A DNA stretch of 64,000 nucleotides, taken from Bacteroidia bacterium (GTDB taxonomy: Bacteria > Bacteroidota > Bacteroidia > Cytophagales > Cyclobacteriaceae). A program made the position numbers and the translations under genes. Location: NCBI GenBank assembly GCA_043785125.1, contig JAYVXP010000212.1, positions 923-64,922 of the forward strand, in the 5' to 3' direction. Below the pieces are notes generated by a model that saw nothing but the letters and a program-made list of their open reading frames with translations, searched no databases and was not told where the DNA came from. Positions 45,893 through 55,710 of the stretch are shown here, in pieces. Every line of letters starts with the position of its first letter. The stretch's first letter is position 1.

Positions 45893-47677
45893 CTACTTCT
45901 TTTTCGTGAACACAACTGTCTTACCGTCATAGGTCAACTTAAACCCGGTAGCAGTTTCTGATTTGTCAAGAATGAACTCTATAGACTGATCTGAGAATTC
46001 ACGAATTCTGAAAGTTGTTCCTTTGTAAGGTTCAAGATGTTGAGGTGGCGAAGAGGTGATTACCAACGCTTTATCACTAATCACGAAATTCAATGTGCTT
46101 CCATTTAGTTCATAAGAACCCTCTAAGTTCTTTAGGAATACAGGATCAGAAAGCTTCTCATCAGCTTTTCTTATAAACAAAACTTCCTTTTCATCTTGAC
46201 TAGTTTTTACATTCTGAATTGTCCCTTGGGCATCAATTGTAAATAAAAGAGACCATTTCCCGTCAATTTCATCATCCGTTGAGACAAACCTATCATAATG
46301 ATAGTGTTGAAGTGGAAGAGTTGTATTGTTATAGGTAAAATTTAGTTCTCCGCCTTTCTCATTTATTTCCATTACACCATAGGCGGCATCTTCATATTTG
46401 CCAATATAATCGGCAATAGCATGTGATGGCTTTGTATTTAGTACCCTATCCACATCAGGCTTTTTTCGGGCTTCCCTTTCTGTGGCCTTGTTTTTTAAAT
46501 ATTCTTTTAAGGCCCTCTCGCTCCAAGCAGTTTCTTCTAAACCTAAAAGTCTATCATAAACAGTATTGGCAATTATTTGTGGAATTCTCCCCGCATGTGC
46601 TCCATTTGAAAAAACAATTATTCCCACACTATCGGCAGGCAAAAATGATATCGAAGAGTATATTCCACCTATTGCGCCCCCGTGTTCAGCCCTGTAGTGG
46701 CCTTTGTAACTTGAAGTACCCCTGCCCATTCCATAAATTGAGTTGAGGTTCTCAAAATACTTATCAGGCACAGATGCTGTAAGGCTTGCAGGTTGCAATG
46801 TCTCGTTTATTATTCTTGATGGAATTACCTGTTTATTATTATACTTGCCACCGTGCATTTGCGCTATTAGCCACTTTGAAAGATCATTAATGTTAGAAAT
46901 AATCGAGCCTGCTGGTCCTATCCCCTGCTGTTTGGTATAGAAAGGGAATGGAAGCAAAACTGTTGTGTCTCTCTTTTCATAATATGGAGTCGCAAAATCA
47001 ATTTGCTTCTTCATGTCTTCTACAATAAAGATAGAATGAGACATATTTAATGGCGTGAAAATTTTATCTATTACATATTGTTCCCAAGTTTTACCGGATA
47101 AATATTCTACAATTTGTCCAGAGGCTGCGTACATTAAATTATTATATAGGAAACCCTGACGCAATGGAATACTTGGCTCTAAGTATTTTAGCCTATCAAA
47201 TAACTGCTGGCGTGTGAAATCTGATTTGTACCAAATATTATCGTGCCGTGAAATACCCGTCCTGTGGGATAGCATGTCCCGAATGGTAACATTGGCATTT
47301 AATTCCTCATTGAAAAACTCAATCTGGGGAACGTATTTTTTTATGGGCTTGTCCCAATCTAATTTTCCTTCTTCAACGAGAAACCCCATAGCTGTAGCTG
47401 TAAAAAGTTTACTATTTGAGGCAATCTGAAAAAGCGTATTAGGAGTAACCGGTAATTTATTTTCTAAGTCACGATAACCGTATCCTCTGGCGAATACCAA
47501 TTTGTCTTTTACAACCACACCAACGCCACAACCTGGGACATTCCAGTCTTTAAGGATCTTGTTGATCGTAACATCAATCCCTTTCAGCTTTTGATCCACA
47601 TTGCTATTTTGTGCTTTTAAGCAAATGTTTGTGGTTAAGACTAACCATGAGTAGAAAATTAAACGTGCTGCATTCAT
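45893..47677 (-). CDS. Serine hydrolase, beta-lactamase/PBP-like fold, with an extra C-terminal domain
   Basis: Signal peptide, S-x-x-K in FQIASNSKLFT, Y-x-N in FLYNNL. About 200-aa C-terminal extension. Confidence 0.85.
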   Translation of the reverse strand: MNAARLIFYSWLVLTTNICLKAQNSNVDQKLKGIDVTINKILKDWNVPGCGVGVVVKDKLVFARGYGYRDLENKLPVTPNTLFQIASNSKLFTATAMGFLVEEGKLDWDKPIKKYVPQIEFFNEELNANVTIRDMLSHRTGISRHDNIWYKSDFTRQQLFDRLKYLEPSIPLRQGFLYNNLMYAASGQIVEYLSGKTWEQYVIDKIFTPLNMSHSIFIVEDMKKQIDFATPYYEKRDTTVLLPFPFYTKQQGIGPAGSIISNINDLSKWLIAQMHGGKYNNKQVIPSRIINETLQPASLTASVPDKYFENLNSIYGMGRGTSSYKGHYRAEHGGAIGGIYSSISFLPADSVGIIVFSNGAHAGRIPQIIANTVYDRLLGLEETAWSERALKEYLKNKATEREARKKPDVDRVLNTKPSHAIADYIGKYEDAAYGVMEINEKGGELNFTYNNTTLPLQHYHYDRFVSTDDEIDGKWSLLFTIDAQGTIQNVKTSQDEKEVLFIRKADEKLSDPVFLKNLEGSYELNGSTLNFVISDKALVITSSPPQHLEPYKGTTFRIREFSDQSIEFILDKSETATGFKLTYDGKTVVFTKKK

Positions 47678-48138
47678 TCGTAAAATTGTTTAGTTAATTA
47701 TTTTGTTTTGATGTATGTCGTTGGATCTCGAAGTATTGGCTATAACAGCCTGTGTTTATTTCGTGCTGAGATTTCGAAGCTGCGTCCTGTCCCACAAACC
47801 AGAACGAAATTAGTAAAACTAAGCTTTATACCAACACTTCACCCCAGCATGGAATAGACGCTATGTACCGTCCGAAAATGTCGGATAACCTTTTAATGCC
47901 ATTTCAAATCCTCAGAGTAAAGGTAAAGTTGAAAGCCTGGTGAAGTATTAAGCAAAACTTTCTTTACAACGACTCATGAGTATGAGTTGTATCAAACTTT
48001 CAGTGGTGCTTTGAAAATAGGTCAGCTCGGTTTCGATAGGGTGTGGAATTCCGAAAGGGTTGGCCTTTCTTATTAATTAAATTTAAATTGCTCCCTGTTG
48101 AATGGCTAAATTTGAAATGGCGGGATGAATTACTAACC

Positions 48139-49974
48139 ATGGTGAAAGAAGATTATTCGAGCGAAGGAAACAATCAGATATCAACCCATCGTAACAAAAA
48201 GCGGTTGCTTATGATTAGCGGTTTGGCTGTTTTGGTAGCAGTTGCAACTTCATTCGTTGCAAGATTGTTGATTTATCTTATCGATTTCTTTACCAACATC
48301 GCCTTTCACGGGAGTTTTTCTTTGATGCACACCGGCCCGGAATCAAACAATTTGGGGGTTTTTGTCATTATAGTTCCTGTGCTTGGTGGCTTGGTTGTAG
48401 GTTTAATGGCACTGTATGGTTCGAAAGCGATTCGCGGTCACGGAATTCCTGAGGCTATGGAGCAAATTTTAACGAACCAAAGTAAAATCAAGCCTTTAAT
48501 TGTAATTCTGAAGCCATTGTCTGCAGCAATATCAATCGGGACGGGCGGACCATTTGGCGCAGAAGGTCCGATAATTTCAACCGGAGGAGCATTAGGTTCT
48601 ACCATCGGACAAATACTAAAGATTACTCACTATGAACGAAAGATATTGTTGGCTGCTGGAGCTACGGCCGGGATGTCAGCAATTTTTGGAAGCCCATTAG
48701 CTGCTATTTGTTTAGCAATAGAGTTGTTGCTTTTTGAATTTTCTCCACGATCTATTATTCCAATTGCGTTAGCATGCATCACAGGTGCTGCGGGACATCA
48801 TTTCTTGTTTGAACCTGGACCAGTATTCCCCGTGAACAGTTCAATTGAATTTCCCAGTAACGCAGCCTTGGCAATGTACAGTCTTATCGGCATCCTTATC
48901 GGGCTATTGTCGGTGGTCGTAACAAAAGCCGTTTATTTCATTGAAGATGGGTTCGAAAAATTACCAATACACTGGTCTTGGTGGCCAGCCATTGGTGGAA
49001 TTGCTGTTGGGATTATTGGCTATTTCGCTCCGAGAACTCTCGGTGTAGGCTATGAAAATATAATAGACGTTCTGTCTGGAGCTTTGCCCCTGCAAATTGT
49101 TTTCTCACTATGTATTCTAAAATTTGTTTCTTGGGCAATCTCCTTAGGAAGCGGAACTTCGGGCGGAACACTTGCACCCTTACTGACAATAGGAGGAGCA
49201 ACAGGAGCATTACTTGCAACGATAATTATTAACACGTATCCTGGATCAGGTATTACACTAACGCTTGCTGCACTTATTGGAATGTCAGCCATGTTCGCTG
49301 GAGCTTCAAGGGCAGTTCTTACTTCAATCATTTTTGGGTTGGAAACCACATGGCAATCCAATGCTTTGCTTCCCCTTTTGGCGGCTTGCACGGCCTCTTA
49401 CTTCGTCTCTTTCTTCATGATGAAGAATACAATCATGACAGAAAAGATTGCACGCAGAGGTGTAAAAACTCCGCACTCATATGAGTCAGATATTCTCGAA
49501 CGAGTTACGGTTGGGCAAATAATGAAGCCGAATGGATTAGTTTTAAGTGAGGATAGTACTATTCAAGAAACGAGAGCACGCCTTAAAAACAGCAGATATA
49601 CTGACTACTATTTCATTGTTGCAAACAAAGGTGAGTTTAGCGGAATAGTAAGTTCGTCAAGCCTGTTTGATAATCTTCAAAATCCACAGAACTTGTTAAG
49701 AACGCTCTCCAGACGAGCAGACGTTTCAATTAATGTTGAACAGAGTTTGCGTGCCGCTACTGAAATAATGGCTAAAGAGAAAATATATGTATTGGTCATT
49801 CACGCAGCAGAGGATAATAAAATCCTGGGCACTGTTTCTTATAGGGACATCATCGATGCTATTCAAAGCGGAGATGATCATGAATTAAAGAATATAAGCA
49901 TTTCACTTAAAAGGCATGCGCTTAAAATTGCAGTTCACGGAAAGAACTTATTTAAGAAGCGTAATAAAGCGTAA
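48139..49974 (+). CDS. ClC-family chloride channel/antiporter with C-terminal CBS pair
   Basis: GHGIPE, GTGGPFGAEGP and GSGTSGGTLAP selectivity motifs, plus two CBS-like repeats. Start set to the ATG at 48139. Confidence 0.9.
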   Translation: MVKEDYSSEGNNQISTHRNKKRLLMISGLAVLVAVATSFVARLLIYLIDFFTNIAFHGSFSLMHTGPESNNLGVFVIIVPVLGGLVVGLMALYGSKAIRGHGIPEAMEQILTNQSKIKPLIVILKPLSAAISIGTGGPFGAEGPIISTGGALGSTIGQILKITHYERKILLAAGATAGMSAIFGSPLAAICLAIELLLFEFSPRSIIPIALACITGAAGHHFLFEPGPVFPVNSSIEFPSNAALAMYSLIGILIGLLSVVVTKAVYFIEDGFEKLPIHWSWWPAIGGIAVGIIGYFAPRTLGVGYENIIDVLSGALPLQIVFSLCILKFVSWAISLGSGTSGGTLAPLLTIGGATGALLATIIINTYPGSGITLTLAALIGMSAMFAGASRAVLTSIIFGLETTWQSNALLPLLAACTASYFVSFFMMKNTIMTEKIARRGVKTPHSYESDILERVTVGQIMKPNGLVLSEDSTIQETRARLKNSRYTDYYFIVANKGEFSGIVSSSSLFDNLQNPQNLLRTLSRRADVSINVEQSLRAATEIMAKEKIYVLVIHAAEDNKILGTVSYRDIIDAIQSGDDHELKNISISLKRHALKIAVHGKNLFKKRNKA

Positions 49975-50344
49975 TAATAAGTAAAATCTCACCTGTCTTT
50001 CGACCCCCAATCGGTTAGATTTTAAATGGACTGGGCTAACATGATTTCGGGTTTATCAACAGAAGAATCAGTTTAGATATCCACGCAGGGGCAAGCGCGA
50101 TATCGTGTCTGAGATCGGCTTGATTTTCTCGCATGAGCAGCGATTTGATCTTATCCAAAGTCTCTTCCTTATACGCTACCAAGGTGACGGAGACTTTGAC
50201 ACCGAAAGTGTTCATCCAATAGAGGTGTAGCGTGGCGGCTGGCAAAGCATTCTCGACAACTTTAAAAAATACGTTACGGGAAACCAGTGATTAAAAATGG
50301 AAGTTGGCGCGTTTGCAAATCAATTTTTAAAGTTTGCGATCAGA

Positions 50345-51415
50345 TTATGCCGCTCCAAGCTTCCTTAAGAAGATCAAATGGGACATGAATGCCTTGAGCA
50401 TAGAAGAATGTTCATGGTAGGCAATGTTGTATTCTGCACAGGCTTCTTTCACAAAACGACTGATGACAGGATAATGCACGTGACTGATGCGGGGAAATAA
50501 ATGATGTTCGATCTGAAAATTCAAACCTCCCAGTAGCCAAAACAAAAGCTTATTGTGGGTTGCAAAATTGGCTGTGGCTCCCACCTGATGGATAGCCCAT
50601 TCTTCATGAATTTTCTTTGTTTCTTTATCGGGCAAAGCAAAATGTGTTTCCTCCACCACGTGCGCAAGCTGAAATACAATACTGATCGCCAGGCCGGTAA
50701 CAAAGGTGATAACAAAAAATCCGATCAATGCTTTCACAAAGCCAACGATCAAAATGGGTAACACGAGGTAGAAAAAAGTGTATCCGATTTTTGTCGACCA
50801 GAAAATGAAGTGCTCTTTGGCGTCCCATTTCTTGGCCGTCATGTGCTCACCGATTTTTCCTGAGAAATATTTTAGTGAATCATCCCAATAGACCCACACC
50901 ACATAAGAGATGCCATATAGAAACACCCAGTAGAAATGTTGAAAGCGGTGAAGTTTGTAACGAGGCTGATCGCGATGAAGACGCATAAATGGACGCACGT
51001 CTATATCTGAATCGACTCCTTCAATATTGGTGAAGGTGTGGTGGTTGACGTTGTGTTTTATTCTCCAGAAGTCGGCGTTGCCACCCAGTACATTGAGAAA
51101 GTAGGCCGAAGCCATGTTTAGCCATTTGTATTTGGAAAAACTTTGATGTCCGCCTTCATGCATCACATTGAATCCAATGATCGCCAGGTCGAGGCCCAAC
51201 AACACACACAAACTCAGCGCTATCCATGTCGACGGTGTAAAAAAAACCAGGATCGTGTAAAGCACAGGTGCTAACAAGACATGTATTATGCTCTTGAAAT
51301 AGAGCTTGCTGTTTCCCGTCGGGTCGATTTGACGTTCCGAGAAATAATGATCTACCTTTTCTTTTATTGAAATAAAAAAGGAGTTCTGTTTTGTATCAAA
51401 GGTGATTTTCTGCAC
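50345..51415 (-). CDS. Membrane fatty-acid desaturase, front-end (DesD/delta-6-like) type without a cytochrome b5 domain
   Basis: Histidine boxes HEGGH, HNVNHH and QIEHH (Q-x-x-H-H third box). GTG start. Confidence 0.85.
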   Translation of the reverse strand: MQKITFDTKQNSFFISIKEKVDHYFSERQIDPTGNSKLYFKSIIHVLLAPVLYTILVFFTPSTWIALSLCVLLGLDLAIIGFNVMHEGGHQSFSKYKWLNMASAYFLNVLGGNADFWRIKHNVNHHTFTNIEGVDSDIDVRPFMRLHRDQPRYKLHRFQHFYWVFLYGISYVVWVYWDDSLKYFSGKIGEHMTAKKWDAKEHFIFWSTKIGYTFFYLVLPILIVGFVKALIGFFVITFVTGLAISIVFQLAHVVEETHFALPDKETKKIHEEWAIHQVGATANFATHNKLLFWLLGGLNFQIEHHLFPRISHVHYPVISRFVKEACAEYNIAYHEHSSMLKAFMSHLIFLRKLGAA

Positions 51416-51675
51416 AAATTCAAAAATTGCTTCTATAAATAATACTCAACGCAACTATGCATGGGCTAGTTGCAACCCAGATGAAAATAATTTTCAGCGA
51501 AAACGAACGGGGCAGATGAATTTCCTTGAAGGCAGGGCTGGATTCACAAGAACAGAATGATTTGGGCTAAAAACTAATGTAAAGATACGTTGGTTTTTTT
51601 CGCTAACCAAACCCTGGAATCGGATAACCCTATTTGTTTAATTTTGAAGATTATTTTACGGATTAGAATAATAAA

Positions 51676-52671
51676 TCAGCGATATGCCTTATCAATCCTT
51701 TTTGTTCTCCGGTGCAAGTCGATCGCTGCCACTTTGCGGCCGTAATGAAGGCTGGCATTAATTTCATATCCGATCAATAGTACCAGGGTCAGCAATTGAA
51801 CCCAGACCATCAACGCTATCAGTGTGCCAATGGAACCATACACTTTGTTGTAGCTGGCAAAATTACTGACGTAAAAAGAAAATCCATAAGAGATACCCAG
51901 ACAGCCCAGTGTGGCTACAAACGAACCAATCGAGAAAAAATTCCAGTTGTAATGTACAGCAGGGCCAAAGTAGTAGATGAAGGAAATGGCAACAAAGAAG
52001 ACAACAAAGATGACCAAAAACCTTAAGAGGATGAGAAAGTATATCGTGTAGTGATCAAGCCGGAAATGACTCAGCTCGGAAACATCAATTGTTATTTTAT
52101 TCAACAGTATTTGCCCCACGATCAGTAAGGCAGTGGCCGAAAACAAAACAACGGAAAGCATAATCGTAAGGCCTATTGCAGTAAGCCGCATTTTGAACCA
52201 GTTCCTTTTCTCTACAGTGCGGTAGCAAGCATTGAAAGTGTTCATTAAGGTCATCATGCCATTCGTAGCCAAATAGAGGGCCAAGACAAAACCAAAGGTG
52301 AGCAGGCCTCCCCGTTGATTACTTACGATATCCAAAATAGTGGATGAGAATACACCGTACATACTTGCCGGTAGGAGATCAGCCATGAAATTCATAATGC
52401 TGTCCTTATTAATATCCGGGAAATAGTCGGAGATATATGGAATGAGCGTAAATAGGAAAATTGTCGTGGGGAAGATCGCCAGAATGAAATTATACGCGAC
52501 ACCATTCGACCGGTCCACAATTTCATCTTCGTTGATGTTGTGAATGAAAATTTTCAGAAAACGGTAAAGAGAAAGATGATCATGACGCTTGAATTTTATT
52601 TTCTTCAGCCAGCTTCGTCCGGTGCGGGCTGCGGGAATGTTCAGGATTCGCTTGCGGAAAGTGTACTTCAT
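51676..52671 (-). CDS. YihY/BrkB-family membrane protein
   Basis: 331 aa, six TM helices, SNGVAYNFILAIFP and YGSIGTLIALMVW. The ATG overlaps the upstream stop (ATGA). Confidence 0.85.
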   Translation of the reverse strand: MKYTFRKRILNIPAARTGRSWLKKIKFKRHDHLSLYRFLKIFIHNINEDEIVDRSNGVAYNFILAIFPTTIFLFTLIPYISDYFPDINKDSIMNFMADLLPASMYGVFSSTILDIVSNQRGGLLTFGFVLALYLATNGMMTLMNTFNACYRTVEKRNWFKMRLTAIGLTIMLSVVLFSATALLIVGQILLNKITIDVSELSHFRLDHYTIYFLILLRFLVIFVVFFVAISFIYYFGPAVHYNWNFFSIGSFVATLGCLGISYGFSFYVSNFASYNKVYGSIGTLIALMVWVQLLTLVLLIGYEINASLHYGRKVAAIDLHRRTKRIDKAYR

Positions 52672-53075
52672 AGAAAATAAGGATGAAGTAGTTTCATAAA
52701 AACTTCAGGTGGACGGCAAGGTTTTCTGCTATTTTTATTGACAAAGGCCAGCAGTGTTTCGCCCTGATGGATCAGCTTTCCTTCACTATTGTAAATGTCG
52801 TACTCAAACTTAATCCTAACCGTGGGCTTAGTCCGAACAAACGTGATCACTTTAATCTCATCATCATAAAGGGCCGGTGAATAGTATTTTGAATTGTTTT
52901 CCAGTACCGGCATGATCGTCCCCTGGGCCTCCAGTTCTTTATATGTCATTCCCAACTGTCGCAAACTTTCTACTCTGGCCACCTCGTAGTACATCGCATA
53001 ATATCCGTAATAAGCGTGCCCCATCTGATCGGTTTCGGCATAACGGATTCGCAGGCGGGTTTCGGAGGTAAACAT
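52668..53075 (-). CDS. Acyl-CoA thioesterase, YbgC/4HBT family
   Basis: RIRYAETDQMGHAYYGYYAMYYEVARVE hotdog-fold motif. Confidence 0.8.
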   Translation of the reverse strand: MFTSETRLRIRYAETDQMGHAYYGYYAMYYEVARVESLRQLGMTYKELEAQGTIMPVLENNSKYYSPALYDDEIKVITFVRTKPTVRIKFEYDIYNSEGKLIHQGETLLAFVNKNSRKPCRPPEVFMKLLHPYFL

Positions 53076-53124
53076 GTTAGCGTAAATTAATCCAACGGAT
53101 CAATGTAATCATTAAAACAATGGG

Positions 53125-54177
53125 TCAGTTTTTGTGTTCGGCAGCCTTCTTCATCTCCGCGGCCAGGGCGCGTTGATATCGCCTGGCGTTTTGATTGTGC
53201 TCATTCAACGTTGACGCAAAATTGTGATAGCCAGAGAAATCTTCTTTGGCACACATGTAAAAGTATTTGTGTTTTTCATAGTGAAGAACCGCGTCAATCA
53301 TGGCGATCTCCGGCAAGTTAATCGGACCTGGAGGCAGCCCGGGATATTTGTAGGTATTGTAAGGCGAGTCAATTTCCTTGTGTCCGTTGAGTACGCGTTT
53401 TAAAGTAAAGTCGCCCACAGCAAAAACCAATGTCGGATCGGCCTGCAAGGCGATATCCCTTTTCAATCGATTGATGTATAACCCTGCGATGATGGGGGCC
53501 TCATCCAGTTTCACCGATTCGGCCTGCACGATGGAAGCCAGAATCGAAATTTCAATCGGGGTTAACCCCACTTCTTTGGCTTCGGCTCTCCGCGTTCCAT
53601 TCCAGAATTTTTCATATTCCTGGTGCATTCGCTCAACCAAATCCTCCGGATTGATATTAAAATAAACCTGGTAGGTATTGGGAATAAACATCGTGAGGAT
53701 GTTGTCTTTTGTAAATCCCTCTTTATTGGAAGCGATGAATGCATCCATTGCCGCATCAAACTCTGCTGGCTTCGTACCGATATTTTTTGTGATTTTTTCG
53801 GACAGATCACTGCGCAGCCGGACATAAGTGAAAGTAATGTTTACGGGTTCCTGTTTTCCACTCTTCAGCGCCTTGATTGCCTGAATGTTGGTCATATTGC
53901 GATGGAGATAATACCGTCCGGGCCGGATTTCTTTATCGTAATCCATGAGGCGCGCCAGAAAACTGAATGAAACCATATCGTTGACAAAACCACCATGGTC
54001 GAGGTCCTCCTGAACACTTCGGAAGGTAGCCCCGGAACGCACGATGAATAGCTTGTCGTTTCTATCAACCAATATATTGGCAGTGAAAACGATCTGGTAA
54101 CCGTAAAAAACAAAAGTGATAAACAGGGTCGAACTGACAAGAAATAAAATAAGTCGTGTGCGCGAAACTTCAGCCAT
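53125..54177 (-). CDS. mltG: Endolytic murein transglycosylase
   Basis: N-terminal TM anchor. YceG-like body with ILASIVQAE, DPTLVFA and YNTYKYPGLPPGPI. Confidence 0.9.
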   Translation of the reverse strand: MAEVSRTRLILFLVSSTLFITFVFYGYQIVFTANILVDRNDKLFIVRSGATFRSVQEDLDHGGFVNDMVSFSFLARLMDYDKEIRPGRYYLHRNMTNIQAIKALKSGKQEPVNITFTYVRLRSDLSEKITKNIGTKPAEFDAAMDAFIASNKEGFTKDNILTMFIPNTYQVYFNINPEDLVERMHQEYEKFWNGTRRAEAKEVGLTPIEISILASIVQAESVKLDEAPIIAGLYINRLKRDIALQADPTLVFAVGDFTLKRVLNGHKEIDSPYNTYKYPGLPPGPINLPEIAMIDAVLHYEKHKYFYMCAKEDFSGYHNFASTLNEHNQNARRYQRALAAEMKKAAEHKN

Positions 54178-54285
54178 AAGAGAAAAAAGTCTTCAAAAAT
54201 ACGAAATAGTTGGCCGATAGTCTAAAGGCAGATGGTCCATTGTCCAATGACCATGGTCCATCGATTTAGATTAGTTTTGCAAAAT

Positions 54286-54915
54286 ATGCCAGCTGAGTTA
54301 CTTACTATTCACCCCATCAATCCCGAGCCACGAAAAATCGAGCGCGCGGCGGAAGTATTAAAAAATGGCGGTATTGTGGTTTACCCGACTGACACCATTT
54401 ACGGAATTGGTTGCGATCTGATGAACCGCCGGGCTGTCGAGCGACTTTGCCAGATCATTGGTATCAAGCCGCAGAAGCTTAATCTGTCTTTTATCTGTCA
54501 CGACCTGAGCCATATTTCCGAGTACCTGCAGCGGATTGATACACCCGTATTCAAGATTCTCAAGAAGGCACTGCCGGGGCCGTTTACTTTTATTTTTGAA
54601 TCCAGCACCAACGTTCCAAAAATTCTGGGTATCAATAAAAAAACAGTCGGCATCCGGATCCCCGATCACAATATCCCACGCGCAATGGTTGCTTTGTTAG
54701 GCAATCCCCTGATCACTTCATCCATCAAGGACGACGATGGGATAAAAGAATATACAACTGACCCAGAAGAGATCTATGAGGACTTCAAGCATAAAGTTGA
54801 TCTGGTGATTGACGGAGGACCGGGCGGGAATGTACCTTCTACCATCGTAGATTTTTCCGAAGGTGAACCGGTTGTAACCCGACAAGGGTTGGGAGACTTT
54901 GAACAGTACCGATAA
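54286..54915 (+). CDS. tsaC: L-threonylcarbamoyladenylate synthase (YrdC/TsaC family)
   Basis: [35 protein letters not shown]. Start set to the ATG at 54286. Confidence 0.88.
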   Translation: MPAELLTIHPINPEPRKIERAAEVLKNGGIVVYPTDTIYGIGCDLMNRRAVERLCQIIGIKPQKLNLSFICHDLSHISEYLQRIDTPVFKILKKALPGPFTFIFESSTNVPKILGINKKTVGIRIPDHNIPRAMVALLGNPLITSSIKDDDGIKEYTTDPEEIYEDFKHKVDLVIDGGPGGNVPSTIVDFSEGEPVVTRQGLGDFEQYR

Positions 54916-54939
54916 GAAAAAACTTCTACCTTTTCCATC

Positions 54940-55569
54940 ATGAAGATAGGGTTGATTGAGCCCCACTACCTGCCCTCGCTCGAATACTTTAGTGCGCTCC
55001 TTCCTTTTGAGAAAATTATCCTGGAGAAACAGGAGCACTATGTCAAACAAAGCTATCGCAATCGCTGCTACATCAATACTGTCAATGGCCCGGTGATGTT
55101 AGTGGTACCCTTGACGGAAAAGCGTGGCAAAGTTCCGTTTCAGGATGTCCGGATTGACCAAAGCGTGAAGTGGCAGAACAATCATTGGAGATCAATCCAG
55201 TCGGCTTACGCCAAAGCACCCTTCTTTGAACATTATCTCGACGATCTGAAGAAAGTGATTTATGGTAACCATTTCTTTCTTCTTGATCTCGACCATCATT
55301 TACTGTCATTCTGTCTTCGAAGCCTGGGACTGGAAAAGGAACTTTCGGAAACTGTGTCTTTTGAAAAAGAGGTTGGTGGGGAAATTTCAGACCTGCGTTC
55401 TCAAATAACACCTAAAAAGCCCTTTTCGGGTCGATCCTACTACCAACCTCAACCTTACCATCAAGTTTTTGGCAATGCTTTTGCAAGTAATCTGAGTCTT
55501 ATCGACTTGCTGTTCTGCGAAGGGCCTCGTGCCCTGACCCTACTCAAGGCTTCAAGAAAGGAGAATTGA
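54940..55569 (+). CDS. WbqC-family protein
   Basis: PHYLPSLEYF.., QSYRNRCYI, and HWRSIQSAYAKAPFFEHY are typical of WbqC. Confidence 0.8.
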   Translation: MKIGLIEPHYLPSLEYFSALLPFEKIILEKQEHYVKQSYRNRCYINTVNGPVMLVVPLTEKRGKVPFQDVRIDQSVKWQNNHWRSIQSAYAKAPFFEHYLDDLKKVIYGNHFFLLDLDHHLLSFCLRSLGLEKELSETVSFEKEVGGEISDLRSQITPKKPFSGRSYYQPQPYHQVFGNAFASNLSLIDLLFCEGPRALTLLKASRKEN

Positions 55570-55710
55570 ACAAATAAAATTCAATTGGTGTTTTTCACCG
55601 TATATAGGGTGTGCGAAAGCAGGGAAAATGAATGCACTCCATCCACGGTCTTAAACAACGCCCGGCTTTTGAATTATCAATGCTAAAACTTTACATTTAC
55701 AATACTCAAT

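Noticed and set aside
47678-48138. Possible fluoride (crcB-motif) riboswitch upstream of the ClC gene
   Set aside because: Only a loose resemblance exists (GGCGGGATGAATTACTAAC against the conserved ..CUGAUGAUUCCUAC end). The 5' GGnGAUGG.GUUC core is absent. The channel also has CBS domains and canonical ClC motifs rather than the short ClC-F type.
50036-50245. 69-aa minus-strand ORF between the ClC and desaturase genes
   Set aside because: It has a TTG start (an internal ATG gives 59 aa) and no recognisable family. It could be a gene remnant, but I cannot support any call.
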